Of a stretch of 64,000 nt of DNA, positions 29,896-40,077 are shown piece after piece. The stretch comes from an uncultured Verrucomicrobiae bacterium. Its GTDB lineage: Bacteria > Verrucomicrobiota > Verrucomicrobiia > Limisphaerales > Palsa-1400. Position 1 is the stretch's first letter. Each line of letters opens with the position of its first letter. Below the pieces are notes generated by a model. The model saw nothing but the letters and a program-made list of their open reading frames with translations. It ran no database searches and was not told where the DNA came from. The DNA lies in NCBI GenBank assembly GCA_963707025.1, contig CAVPOM010000018.1:448001-512000 (forward strand). Reading direction: 5' to 3'. The position numbers and the translations under genes are program-made.

Positions 29896-30027
29896 GGGCT
29901 CAATATTGTTTATCATACGATGCTGAAGCAAGACCCATGCCAAGACCCACCCGGTTAACCCTTCAGAATCTCCGCGCATCGAAAAGAAGACATTTAAAGC
30001 GCACCAATTATGCCGCAAAGTGCTTAC

Positions 30028-31038
30028 TCAACGGTTTGCTGTCGGGGCGGATTGTCCCCCCTTTTGGCTTCCCGAGGCTTGGATGAGCGATTGGAGACGC
30101 TTGCCCACGTCACGCGTGAACGCTTCCGCTCCAATCGCATTGAGGTGTTGCGAATTGTAGAAAAGGTCGCGGTTTTTGGAAAACTCCGACTCGCTATAGT
30201 CCCAAAACGGGACATGATAACGGTCAGCGATTTCGCGGAATTTGGCAAAGATCTCCGCGCGATTGGTGACCATGTTGAGCATTTTGCAATATTGCGGCGA
30301 ATAAACCAAGACAATGCCGATGTCTTTGCTTTGGCAGGTCTGGATCAACTCTTCCAAGACCCGCACGCCGTTGCTGGAGACGTCGAATCCGACGCCATCC
30401 GGATGCATTGCCTTGAAGAGATCAAAGTCGCTATTCCATGCTTTGTTCATCGGACAAAAGCCGTCGAAATCGTCTTCGCGAGGGTTCAGACCGGTGAGGC
30501 CCCGCAGGCCAGAGAGCCAGCCTAAATTCACGTCCTCAACCACATAACCGTAGAGCGGAATGTATTTCCATTTCCACACCCTGGGATTGATTTGGAGCAG
30601 GGCTTGGTAGAGTGGGCGTTCGCTTAAATAGGGCACGTACTGGAAAGGCGCAAAGATTTCATCTCGCGGCGTGAGAGCGAAACTATGCACATCCAGGTTT
30701 TCCACGACCAGTTCCGGTTTGGCGTTGTGACGCAGATAAGCCTGGAGCACGGCCAGTTGAACGTCAGTATGCGAGGCGTTGCGAGCCAAGTTGAACGCGG
30801 TTTTGCCGGTCATGGCGCCGATGATCCTGGGATCGTAACCGCGGAAGGCCCGGGAGGAGCCACCGATGATCACCTGGGCGTTGACGCGGCCGGTCATGGC
30901 GCGGTTGAAAGCGCCGCCATCGCCAGTTTTCACGCGCTTTAGACCGGCGCCGATCAGCAGGTGAAGCCCGATGGCCAGTAAGCCGGCGAGGCCGAAGAAC
31001 AAGACAAGCCGCCGCACATCTCGAGGAAACGCTTTCAA
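30028..31038 (-). CDS. SGNH-like periplasmic protein (DltD/AlgJ-type MBOAT partner)
   Basis: N-terminal TM helix, GGSSRA, FYNSQHLN; overlaps the MBOAT stop. Start codon uncertain. Confidence 0.75.
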   Translation of the reverse strand: MKAFPRDVRRLVLFFGLAGLLAIGLHLLIGAGLKRVKTGDGGAFNRAMTGRVNAQVIIGGSSRAFRGYDPRIIGAMTGKTAFNLARNASHTDVQLAVLQAYLRHNAKPELVVENLDVHSFALTPRDEIFAPFQYVPYLSERPLYQALLQINPRVWKWKYIPLYGYVVEDVNLGWLSGLRGLTGLNPREDDFDGFCPMNKAWNSDFDLFKAMHPDGVGFDVSSNGVRVLEELIQTCQSKDIGIVLVYSPQYCKMLNMVTNRAEIFAKFREIADRYHVPFWDYSESEFSKNRDLFYNSQHLNAIGAEAFTRDVGKRLQSLIQASGSQKGGQSAPTANR

Positions 31039-32474
31039 AATTGGAAGTAGATAAACTGTGTCTGTCGGAAAACGCCAAATAAAATGACAAGAAAGACCGC
31101 TGCAAAATAGCCCGCCCAGCGTGGAATCAGCGGCAGGCGCAAGAGAGGGTCGGTGAAGGATGTTGTGCGCGCAATCAACTGGCCCACCTCGAGGAGCAGG
31201 ATGCTCATCACCGCCACCGGCATTTGGCGCAGGTAGAACTGCACCGTGGCAACGTGGTGGATGTCCCAGTTGCGAAAGAAATGGGTCAGAACGTAAGCGG
31301 CGTCACCAAGATTACGGGCGCGAAATACGGCACAACCGGCACAAACGAGAAAAAACGTGGTGACCATGCTGATTCCGGCGCGCCAAGAGCTCTCCACGCC
31401 CAGACCGATGGATCCAAAGAAACGGTCGCGCAAACCCTTGCCCGCCCTGCCGGCAAGAAGGTAAAATCCGTTGAGCAAGCCCCACACCACGTAAGTCCAA
31501 TTGGCCCCATGCCACAGGCCGCAGATGCCAAAAGTGACCAGGATGGTAAAGACCCAGCGCTTCATTGCCACGCGTTTGCCAACCATAGGATAGTAAACGT
31601 AATCGCGGAACCAGGTGGAAAGGGAAATGTGCCAGCGCTGCCAGAATTCCGAGATCGAGCGGGAAAAATACGGATTGTCGAAATTCTCCATGAGCCGGAA
31701 CCCCAGGACGCGCGCCGCTCCAATGGCGATGTCCGAATAGCCGGAAAAATCGCAATAGATTTGGTAGGCAAAAAAGAAGGTGGCGATGGAAAGCTGCAAT
31801 CCGTTGCAGGCGGCGGGAGCGGCATAGACGTCGTTGACGTAAAGGGCCAGGCGATCGGCCACGACCAGCTTCTTGAAGAATCCCCACGCCATGCGTTTGA
31901 GGCCCGAGACCACGCGGTCATAGTCGAAGGGGTGGTCCTCGTAGAACTGGTGGAGCAGGTGTTGGGGTCGTTCGATCGGCCCGGCCACCAACTGCGGGAA
32001 AAACATCACATAGGTCGAGTAGGTGACGAAGTTTGTCTCGGCCTTTTGTTTGCGCCGGTACACTTCCACCACGTAGCTGAGGCTTTGGAAAGTATGAAAC
32101 GACAGGCCGATGGGCAAAATAATATGCGCCACCACCGGCGGCAGGCGCCACCCCACCAGATTGGCAAGCCCGACAAACGTTCCGGTGAAGAAGTTGAAAT
32201 ACTTAAAGACAAAGAGAACGGCGCACGTCGAGACGATGCTCACCACCAGCAGCGCCCGCCGACGACCGCCCTCGCTTCTCTCGATGTAAATTCCAGCTAC
32301 ATAGTCAATCCCAATCGTGACAAAAAGGATCAGGATATAGACCGGGATGAACGCCATGTAGAACACGCAACTGGCCGCCAGCAACATCGGCACCCGCAGC
32401 CCGCGCGGCAGCGAAAAGTAAAGCGCCACCACCAGGGGGAAGAATACGGCAAACTGAATGGAATTAAAAAGCAT
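31035..32474 (-). CDS. MBOAT O-acyltransferase (AlgI/DltB family), copy 2
   Basis: LPIGLSFHTFQ, FFPQLVAGPI, YCDFSGYSD, FWQRWHISLS, GLWHGA, C-terminal FIYFQF. Confidence 0.95.
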   Translation of the reverse strand: MLFNSIQFAVFFPLVVALYFSLPRGLRVPMLLAASCVFYMAFIPVYILILFVTIGIDYVAGIYIERSEGGRRRALLVVSIVSTCAVLFVFKYFNFFTGTFVGLANLVGWRLPPVVAHIILPIGLSFHTFQSLSYVVEVYRRKQKAETNFVTYSTYVMFFPQLVAGPIERPQHLLHQFYEDHPFDYDRVVSGLKRMAWGFFKKLVVADRLALYVNDVYAAPAACNGLQLSIATFFFAYQIYCDFSGYSDIAIGAARVLGFRLMENFDNPYFSRSISEFWQRWHISLSTWFRDYVYYPMVGKRVAMKRWVFTILVTFGICGLWHGANWTYVVWGLLNGFYLLAGRAGKGLRDRFFGSIGLGVESSWRAGISMVTTFFLVCAGCAVFRARNLGDAAYVLTHFFRNWDIHHVATVQFYLRQMPVAVMSILLLEVGQLIARTTSFTDPLLRLPLIPRWAGYFAAVFLVILFGVFRQTQFIYFQF

Positions 32475-32507
32475 GCCAGTAAAGGCGGAACATATCGCCA
32501 GAAGACC

Positions 32508-33287
32508 TCATGGAGCGCACAGGTTCATCGCCTCCAGCGCGACCCCTGCGGGCAGGATGCGCGCGCCGGACTCGACGGACCAACGGACCACTGTCTCAAA
32601 AACATCAGGCCTGCACCCAAACGGCGTCGGGTTTTCGCAGACATCGTGCGTGGCGAAAACGAGCCAGCCTTTGGCGGCGCGGTTGCTTTGAATCGTGCTT
32701 TTAACAAAATCAGGGTCGTTCCTGCTCTTCTCCAAAAAAAAGGCCGATAAATTGTTGAGGTCGGTGGCCCCGGCGTTGTAAACCATTCCCCCGCCGCGGC
32801 AGCCGGAAAAGTAACGAGCCGCCCGGCGCTTGGTAGCAGGACGGGGGCACGCTATGGGATACGAGTGCGTTTTGAAAACAGCCCCCGGAACCAATTGTTG
32901 CAACGCGCGCCGATTTTCAAGGATGGACGCCTCAAAGGCTGACGGCTTCGTGTTCCAGGCGTGGCAATGGCCAAACGTATGGCATCCCAATTCATGGCCA
33001 TCGGCCAGCAGCCGCTCAATATCACCGCCATTAAAGATTCGCCCGACGGCGGAATCCTGATTCATTAACCCAAAGGACGCGTAAAACGTCCCTACAGCAC
33101 CATATTGGCGCAGAATGACCCCGCCAGTCCTGAGCGCCGAGACGGGAAAATCATCGAACGTGAAGGAAATAATGGGAGTTTTCGATCGCAAATCCGCCAC
33201 GCGCCGTCCAAAATAACGAGCCATCTCGAGTTGATATCGGCCAAGGATTCTGGTCTTCAAGTTCGAAAAGTTCATTAACCGCATCAA
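32508..33287 (-). CDS. Polysaccharide deacetylase (NodB-like)
   Basis: SFTFDD, GHELGCHTFGH, ATHDV. Confidence 0.88.
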   Translation of the reverse strand: MMRLMNFSNLKTRILGRYQLEMARYFGRRVADLRSKTPIISFTFDDFPVSALRTGGVILRQYGAVGTFYASFGLMNQDSAVGRIFNGGDIERLLADGHELGCHTFGHCHAWNTKPSAFEASILENRRALQQLVPGAVFKTHSYPIACPRPATKRRAARYFSGCRGGGMVYNAGATDLNNLSAFFLEKSRNDPDFVKSTIQSNRAAKGWLVFATHDVCENPTPFGCRPDVFETVVRWSVESGARILPAGVALEAMNLCAP

Positions 33288-33309
33288 AGATCATGCCGTC
33301 ATGACAGGA

Positions 33310-34455
33310 TTATTGGCTGGGCGGCAAAGCCATCCGCCCCGGGCCGCTTCCATTGCCTCGGGCCAACAATTGCAAACGCTGGGCCACATCACGCGAGAAC
33401 GCTTCCGCTCCACGCGCGTTCAGGTGCCGCGAATTGAAGAAGAGGTCGCGGTTTTTGCAATAATCCGACCCGCTATAGTCCCAGAAGGGAACCTCGAAGT
33501 GTTGAGAGAGTTCCCGAAATTTTTCCATGATTTGTTTTCTGTTCGTTTCCAGCTTTTGCAGTTCATAATACTCTGGAGAATACACCAAAACGACTTGAAT
33601 TCCCTGCTGATGGCACAAATCAATCAACGCCTCCAGGCTGCGCACGCCCTCGGGTTCAATTGCATAATGCACACCCGCGCTATTACCTGCTTTGAAACGT
33701 TCAAAGTCGCCGTTCCAGGTCGAGAGGCGCGGATTAAAACCTTGATAATAATCTTCGGGGCCCTGAACCCCAAAACACCCTAAAATTCCCCAGACCCACG
33801 TGAATGCCATATCCTCCGCGGCGTATCCGTAGAGGGGTATGTATTTGCATTTCCAGGCGTTCGGTTCCACCCGATGAATAAAACCATAAAGCTCCTGATC
33901 ACGGAGGTAGGGCATGTACAAGCCAGGATCGAACAGCTCCCCTTTCTTTGTTGTTTCACAGCTGAACAGATCCAGATTCTGAACCACCAATTTCGGTTTG
34001 GCATTATGCGCCAGATACGTTTTCAGGATAACAAACTCAAAATCAATCTGGGACGCGTTCACTCCGATATTGTAAGCGCTTCGTCCTGTAAGATTCTGAA
34101 TGATCCGCGGGTCATAGTGATTCAAAGCCCGCGATGACCCGCTTATGATAATATCCGCATTGACATGACCACTCATGATCTCGTTCAAGGCCCCGAACTT
34201 TGAGACTTTGATCCTCTTCAATCCGAAATTTATGGCGGCATTTAATGCAAAAGCACTGACACCGACTAAAAGAAAGAAGGCAACAATTCTGAAAACGCCC
34301 ATCCAGATACTTTTCTCATCAGGCTTCCTGCCATGAGCTTCAGTCTGTGGCACGCCAGGCGACAACTCGTCCTTGCCGTGCTCAAACTCTTTCAAGTCAG
34401 GCGCGACTTGCTGAACAGTGGAACGTCCTGAGGGAATTCTTTTTGCCATCATCAA
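33310..34455 (-). CDS. SGNH-like periplasmic protein (DltD/AlgJ-type MBOAT partner), paralogue of 30028-31038
   Basis: SGSSRA, VVQNLD, KYIPLYGY, FFNSRHLN. Confidence 0.75.
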   Translation of the reverse strand: MMMAKRIPSGRSTVQQVAPDLKEFEHGKDELSPGVPQTEAHGRKPDEKSIWMGVFRIVAFFLLVGVSAFALNAAINFGLKRIKVSKFGALNEIMSGHVNADIIISGSSRALNHYDPRIIQNLTGRSAYNIGVNASQIDFEFVILKTYLAHNAKPKLVVQNLDLFSCETTKKGELFDPGLYMPYLRDQELYGFIHRVEPNAWKCKYIPLYGYAAEDMAFTWVWGILGCFGVQGPEDYYQGFNPRLSTWNGDFERFKAGNSAGVHYAIEPEGVRSLEALIDLCHQQGIQVVLVYSPEYYELQKLETNRKQIMEKFRELSQHFEVPFWDYSGSDYCKNRDLFFNSRHLNARGAEAFSRDVAQRLQLLARGNGSGPGRMALPPSQ

Positions 34456-35891
34456 AACTGGAAGTAAATAAACTGGGTCTTGCGAAAAACGCCGAACAGT
34501 ATCACGCCGAGAATCATGAGCGTATAAGCGGCCCAGCGCAACACACCTGGCATCATGGAGAGCCTGTACCTGAATGAAAATTTCGGCTCAAGAAATTGAA
34601 TCCCTTCCAGGGTGATTATCGCCAATATGGCGGCGGGAAAATGTTTCAGTTGAAACTGCTCTGTCGTGATGGATGCGAAGTCCCAATTGGAATAGAAGTG
34701 CGTGAAAACGTACCAAGCGTCCCCCACACTCTTGGCGCGAAACACCACCCAGGCCGCCAGCACGAGTGCAAAGGTCGTGACCATGCTCACGGCGCCGCGC
34801 ACGGAGCCGTTCGGATCCAGACCCAGGGCGCCAAAGAAACGGTCGCGCAGCCCCTGGCCCGCCCTGCCTGCCAGAAGGTAAAAGCCGTTGAGAATGCCCC
34901 AAACGACGTAGGTCCAATTGGCCCCATGCCACAGGCCGCTGATGCCAAAAGTGACCAGGATGTTAAACACCCAGCGGCGCATTGCCACGCGGTTGCCACC
35001 CAATGGGAAGTAAAGATAATCGCGGAACCAGGTGGAAAGGGAAATGTGCCAGCGGTGCCAAAATTCGGATATCGAGCGGGAATAATACGGAGTGTCGAAA
35101 TTCTCCATGAGACGGAAACCCAGGATGCGCGCCGCTCCAATGGCGATGTCCGAATAGCCGGAAAAGTCGCAATAAATCTGGTAGGTGAAGAAGAACGTTG
35201 CGATGGTCAATTGGAGGCCGTTGTAGTTGTGGGGTGCGGCGTAAACGTCGTTCACATATAAGGCCAGGCGATCGGCCACGACCAGTTTCTTGAAGAATCC
35301 CCACGCCATCCGCTTGAGGCCGGAGGTGACGCGGTCATAGTCGAAGCGGTGGTCCTCGTAGAACTGGTGGAGCAGGTTTTGCGGACGTTCAATCGGACCG
35401 GCCACCAACTGCGGGAAAAACATCACGTATGTGGCATAGGTGACGAAGTTTGTCTCGGCCCGGTATTTGCGCCGGTACACTTCCACCACATAGCTGAGGC
35501 TTTGGAAAGTATGAAACGACAGGCCGATGGGCAGAATAATATGCGCCACCACCGGCGGCAGGCGCCACCCCACCAGATTGGCAAGCCCGACAAACGTTCC
35601 GGTGAAGAAGTTGAAATACTTAAAGACAAAGAGAACGGCGCACGTCGAGACGATGCTCAGCACCAGCAGCGCCCGCCGACGACCGCCCTCGCTTCTCTCG
35701 ATGTAAATTCCAGCTACATAGTCAATCCCAATCGTGACAAAAAGGATCAGGATATAGACCGGGATGAACGCCATGTAGAACACGCAACTGGCCGCCAGCA
35801 ACATCGGCACCCGCAGCCCGCGCGGCAGCGAAAAGTAAAGCGCCACCATCAGGGGAAAGAAGACCGCAAACTGAATGGAATTGAAGAGCAT
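34452..35891 (-). CDS. MBOAT O-acyltransferase (AlgI/DltB family), copy 1
   Basis: Same motifs and same 479-aa length as 31035-32474. Confidence 0.95.
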   Translation of the reverse strand: MLFNSIQFAVFFPLMVALYFSLPRGLRVPMLLAASCVFYMAFIPVYILILFVTIGIDYVAGIYIERSEGGRRRALLVLSIVSTCAVLFVFKYFNFFTGTFVGLANLVGWRLPPVVAHIILPIGLSFHTFQSLSYVVEVYRRKYRAETNFVTYATYVMFFPQLVAGPIERPQNLLHQFYEDHRFDYDRVTSGLKRMAWGFFKKLVVADRLALYVNDVYAAPHNYNGLQLTIATFFFTYQIYCDFSGYSDIAIGAARILGFRLMENFDTPYYSRSISEFWHRWHISLSTWFRDYLYFPLGGNRVAMRRWVFNILVTFGISGLWHGANWTYVVWGILNGFYLLAGRAGQGLRDRFFGALGLDPNGSVRGAVSMVTTFALVLAAWVVFRAKSVGDAWYVFTHFYSNWDFASITTEQFQLKHFPAAILAIITLEGIQFLEPKFSFRYRLSMMPGVLRWAAYTLMILGVILFGVFRKTQFIYFQF

Positions 35892-36007
35892 TTAGCCGCC
35901 TGCCTGGGGATCCGCCGTTTCGGTGGCTTGGGCATCTGGGCCACCGCCACCAGACGACCGTTGCCTGCGCCACCGGTGGGCTGTCCCAAGAGTCAAGGGG
36001 CAACGCA

Positions 36008-37387
36008 TCATACCGGGGAATACGACCCGCTCCGCGAGTCCGCCAGAGCTTCCGCCGTGCCGGCTGCGGCCTCCTCCACTTGCTCGGCTTGCCTTCGCCA
36101 CGGCTGTGGCTCAATGCAAACCAGGAGGAGCGTCAGCCATAACGAGCTCAAGCGGAAATAGTCGGTTTCGGAGAAATTATACAGGATAGCGATCACACAA
36201 ACGGCGAATGCCAGTCCCCCGTAGTGCGTGCCCCGCGCCATCCCGTCAACCGCGGTTTTGCCAAACGACAGCAACATGATCGCGAAGAGGGCCACGCCGA
36301 CGATGCCGCCATCAATATATTCTTCCAGATAGCCATTGTGCGCCTCGTTGATGACCATCACCTCCTCTCCAATTTCCTTGCCCATTTGGCCGTCCCAAAA
36401 GGAACGGAACCCGCAGCCAAGGATCGGATCGGTATGTTGGGCCTTAACCAGGCGCCAGATCTCTGTCCGGCCAGTGAGGGTTTTGTTCCGCCCCAGCATC
36501 GTGAGTATCTGGCCAGAAATGTCCAACGTGCCATCCAGAGCAATGCAGCAACAGACGACCCCCGCCATCGCCGCCAACGTAAGGCGGGGGCGGCGCAAAC
36601 GGGCATACCAGGAGCTGAGCAAGAGCAAGGGACTGCCGATCACCAAGCAAACAAGCGACGTTTTGCTGTCGCACGTCTGCAACAGCCAGAGGCCGCACAA
36701 CAGCATAGCCACATTAATACGTTTGTCGGTTTTATGCTCAGACTTGTGGTGCTCCCGATAGAGCAGAATCAGATCCAAAACAAGAATGAGGCCGAAGACG
36801 AGCACCGTCAACCCCAGCGAGTTCTTGCCAACCGTCAAGCCCCCAAAGCTGGCATCGCCACTCCGCAACGGGCGCCGCCCGATGGTCGGAAAGTACTTGA
36901 TGGTAATGACCGACAGTGGAAACAGGATGTAGGAACATCTGACATAAACGGTTCGAATGGCCTCCAGCGGATTCTTCTGGGCCAGAAAAACCAAGGCAAC
37001 AAGGACACAACCGAAGTCCTTGCACACACGTTTCAGCGCCACAAACGGATGTTCCGCCCACATCATGCTGATGGCAAAGAACAAATACATCACCAGCAAG
37101 GCCTTGTTCTGAGCCGCAAAGTCGCCCCATCGCATCTGCCGCTGGAACAGGACGATGATCGAGGCTCCCATGAGCGCGCTCATGGAAAGCAGGTCAACGG
37201 TGGTGTTCCCCGGATCGGTGGCGCTGCCGCTCCCAAACCAAGCCCCCACCGGTCGCGAGCCGCTTATCAGCAGCCAGAGGAAGGGAATCCACAATGCTTT
37301 TGACTCAAAGTGGCGGCGCTTGAGATCTTGACGAAACATCCAATAAATCAGGACCAGGCAGCCCAGGAGCGCTAATTTCGGCGGCAT
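36008..37387 (-). CDS. O-antigen ligase/Wzy polymerase family protein
   Basis: Multiple TM helices; KNSLG, SKTS, LTGRTEIW, GCGF..FW, AHNGYLE. Confidence 0.88.
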   Translation of the reverse strand: MPPKLALLGCLVLIYWMFRQDLKRRHFESKALWIPFLWLLISGSRPVGAWFGSGSATDPGNTTVDLLSMSALMGASIIVLFQRQMRWGDFAAQNKALLVMYLFFAISMMWAEHPFVALKRVCKDFGCVLVALVFLAQKNPLEAIRTVYVRCSYILFPLSVITIKYFPTIGRRPLRSGDASFGGLTVGKNSLGLTVLVFGLILVLDLILLYREHHKSEHKTDKRINVAMLLCGLWLLQTCDSKTSLVCLVIGSPLLLLSSWYARLRRPRLTLAAMAGVVCCCIALDGTLDISGQILTMLGRNKTLTGRTEIWRLVKAQHTDPILGCGFRSFWDGQMGKEIGEEVMVINEAHNGYLEEYIDGGIVGVALFAIMLLSFGKTAVDGMARGTHYGGLAFAVCVIAILYNFSETDYFRLSSLWLTLLLVCIEPQPWRRQAEQVEEAAAGTAEALADSRSGSYSPV

Positions 37388-37393
37388 ACGATT

Positions 37394-39262
37394 CTACATC
37401 TCCCTTTCTCTGACGGGATTGATGCCCAGCGCGCCCAACATTGTACCCATGTGAAAACAAAGTTTTACCAGGTAGCGCATGAAAAGATGATGGCCGCCCA
37501 AGTGCAGAAAGGGCAACGCCACCGCATAAAGCGGCACGGCCGCGGCCGCTTTGATGAGACGCCCGCCTCGTCCTTCGGGATGGAGATAAGAGTGGTGACC
37601 CCGCAGCAAGCCGCGGCTCAACAAAACGCTTCGTTTCCAGCGCTTTGGTGGAACATACTCGTGGACCACTGCCTCATTGCACCAGATAAATTTGTGGCCT
37701 TTTTCCATCATCCGCCGAAAAAAGTCCATGTCGCCGCCGCTCGCCGCAAATTGCGGCAGAAAAACCGGGTCAAGCCCTTGCACGATGCGCTTGTGAAACA
37801 ACACGTTGCCCGTGCGCGTCTCCGTCCAAGACATGACAAAACCAGTCGGATGCTCGGGACGATCGTAGAGACGGGAGCGGCGAATCCACTTCGGTGCGCT
37901 GTCGTCAAAAAAAGGCCGCACAGGCCCCAGCACCCCGGCCACTTGATGTTGGGTCAAGGCCAGGTAATGGTTTAACAGCCAGTCGTTCTCCGGAAATTCG
38001 TCGTCGTCAATGAAAGCGATGGCGTCCCCCTTGGCCAGCGCGATGGTCAGGTTCCGGACCAATGAAATGCTCCGGGCCGGCTCGGCGCCATAAGTCATCT
38101 CAATCGGGCAGCCACGCCGCATTTCTTCGACGACCGCGCGCCCCGATTCCGCCGGATCATTGTCGGCCACGACAATGGAGTAGGCAAAAAGGCCATCGGT
38201 CTTAAGGCGGCCCAACTCCGTCAATAAGCGTTTGAGCCATGCCGCCCGCTGGTAGGTGCAAATACAAACGCTGATGTGCAGGGGACTTTGCTGGCTTCTG
38301 GATTGTGGGCCGGTGGCGGCGCTGGCGGCGGTCCCGCCAACTGCAGCCGGGCGTTCCATCTTGTCAAGCTTCAGCACGATTTCATCGGCCCGCACTTTGG
38401 AATGTTTGAGGCCGCAAAAAGTCAGCAGCCGGCCGCCATGATCAGAGATCTTGATCAGGTACCACATGAACAGGCGGCCGCTGGCCAACGCCAGGAAGGG
38501 CAGGGCAAGGGTGTAAAGAGGAAGGGCTATCAGAGACTTGACTACTTTCTGCAAACGATCCGTCGGATACTTGAGGGAAACCTGTCCCCGATAGAAAGCT
38601 CGTCTGAGCAAGTAGCGACGCGTCTGCCGCTCCTTTGGCACCAACTCGTGGGCCACCGCTTCATCACACCAAATAAAAACATGCTTCTGTTCGGACATCC
38701 GCCGGAAAAAGTCCATATCCTCGCCCCCGGTTCCGAACTTCCGGTCAAAGGGCTCCGCCACCCCGGCCAGGATCGATCGGCGAATGAGGACGTTTCCGGT
38801 CCGGCACCCGGTCCAGTCTATGTCATGGCCGGTTTCGTGCCTGGGACGAACAAAGATCCTCACGTCAAGAATCCGCGCCTTCGACGCTTCCTCAAAGTAA
38901 GGTTCCACAGGTCCCAGCACCCCGGCCACGTTGTGCTCCGTACAGGTCTTGAAGAGCTGCAAGAGCCAATCTTTCTCGGGGTATTCGTCATCGTCAATGA
39001 AGGCGATGAAATCTCCTTGGGCTTGCCGCACGGCCGTGTTCCGGACCGCGGCGATATTACGCTCCGGCTCAACGCAATAGACCAATTCCAGGCGCTTCGC
39101 AAATTCCGCCGCCGTTGCCTTCGCCGATTGCTGCGCATCATTGTCCACGACCACGACTGAATAAGTAAACAGGTCTCCGGTGTCCTGCTTTTCCAATTCC
39201 TGCAACAACCGCGTCAGCAGCGCAGGCCGATGGTAAGTGCAGATGCAAACACTAATGTGCAT
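37394..39262 (-). CDS. Tandem GT2-GT2 glycosyltransferase
   Basis: Two repeats of HISVCICTY.R ... FIDDDE.P ... RTGNVL ... DMDFFRRM, joined by an Ala/Gly/Ser linker. Confidence 0.92.
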   Translation of the reverse strand: MHISVCICTYHRPALLTRLLQELEKQDTGDLFTYSVVVVDNDAQQSAKATAAEFAKRLELVYCVEPERNIAAVRNTAVRQAQGDFIAFIDDDEYPEKDWLLQLFKTCTEHNVAGVLGPVEPYFEEASKARILDVRIFVRPRHETGHDIDWTGCRTGNVLIRRSILAGVAEPFDRKFGTGGEDMDFFRRMSEQKHVFIWCDEAVAHELVPKERQTRRYLLRRAFYRGQVSLKYPTDRLQKVVKSLIALPLYTLALPFLALASGRLFMWYLIKISDHGGRLLTFCGLKHSKVRADEIVLKLDKMERPAAVGGTAASAATGPQSRSQQSPLHISVCICTYQRAAWLKRLLTELGRLKTDGLFAYSIVVADNDPAESGRAVVEEMRRGCPIEMTYGAEPARSISLVRNLTIALAKGDAIAFIDDDEFPENDWLLNHYLALTQHQVAGVLGPVRPFFDDSAPKWIRRSRLYDRPEHPTGFVMSWTETRTGNVLFHKRIVQGLDPVFLPQFAASGGDMDFFRRMMEKGHKFIWCNEAVVHEYVPPKRWKRSVLLSRGLLRGHHSYLHPEGRGGRLIKAAAAVPLYAVALPFLHLGGHHLFMRYLVKLCFHMGTMLGALGINPVREREM

Positions 39263-39268
39263 GAGACG

Positions 39269-40024
39269 TTATTGGCCCGAGGGTTGTGAGCTTGGGGCGA
39301 GGCTGGGAGCGGCCTCGCCAGCGGCCGCGAGGCGCTTCGGCGCGTCATGCTTCAGGACGACTCCGCAATTATCTACAAAAAGTGACACGGCCTTGCGGCC
39401 GGAGACCAGGCGGAAAAGTGCATCAATACTCGAAAAGAGCGGCCTAATCAGGGGCCATCGGCACAGTCTCGTCGTCATTTTGCCCTCCACCAGCTTGATC
39501 ATCAGGACAGAATAGCCGTGGTCCTCTGCGATGCGAACGACGTTCTTGGGCAGAATAGTCAGTCGCAGGTAGCTCGGAAAGGGGGTCCCCTTGTATTTCA
39601 TAATCTTATGATATACAAAAACATGGAACCAGTGCGGGGTGAATTTCGTCATCAGGCCTTTGAAGGACGCAACATGGGGAAAACCCAGCACCACCAATCC
39701 CCCGGGCTTGACGCTGTTGAAAAGGTTGCGCAGCGCCTCCTGCGGCCGGGACAAATGTTCAATCACATCCCAGCAAACCGCGAGGTCAAATTCGTTCATC
39801 GCCAGGGGATAGGTCTGCAAATCACCGAGAATTTTTTCCTGGATCGCCGTGTTCCGATCTAATTGAACTCGGGAAATGTCGATCCCAACCGATTTGCTTA
39901 TCCCGATGAACTTGAAATGGCTGGCTGAACCACAGCCGGCCTCCAGAAACTTAAGGTCCGTCCTGCCTTCAAACTGCCGGTTGACCAGCTCGGCAATCTC
40001 GTCACGAAACATGTTTGCTGCCAT
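39269..40024 (-). CDS. Class I SAM-dependent methyltransferase
   Basis: LEAGCGS, GIDIS, VIEHL, VKPGG. Confidence 0.88.
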   Translation of the reverse strand: MAANMFRDEIAELVNRQFEGRTDLKFLEAGCGSASHFKFIGISKSVGIDISRVQLDRNTAIQEKILGDLQTYPLAMNEFDLAVCWDVIEHLSRPQEALRNLFNSVKPGGLVVLGFPHVASFKGLMTKFTPHWFHVFVYHKIMKYKGTPFPSYLRLTILPKNVVRIAEDHGYSVLMIKLVEGKMTTRLCRWPLIRPLFSSIDALFRLVSGRKAVSLFVDNCGVVLKHDAPKRLAAAGEAAPSLAPSSQPSGQ

Positions 40025-40077
40025 AAGAGTTCCTTTATTGGTTGGAATTTGTTGCGAACTTATGCGGACCGATCTCG

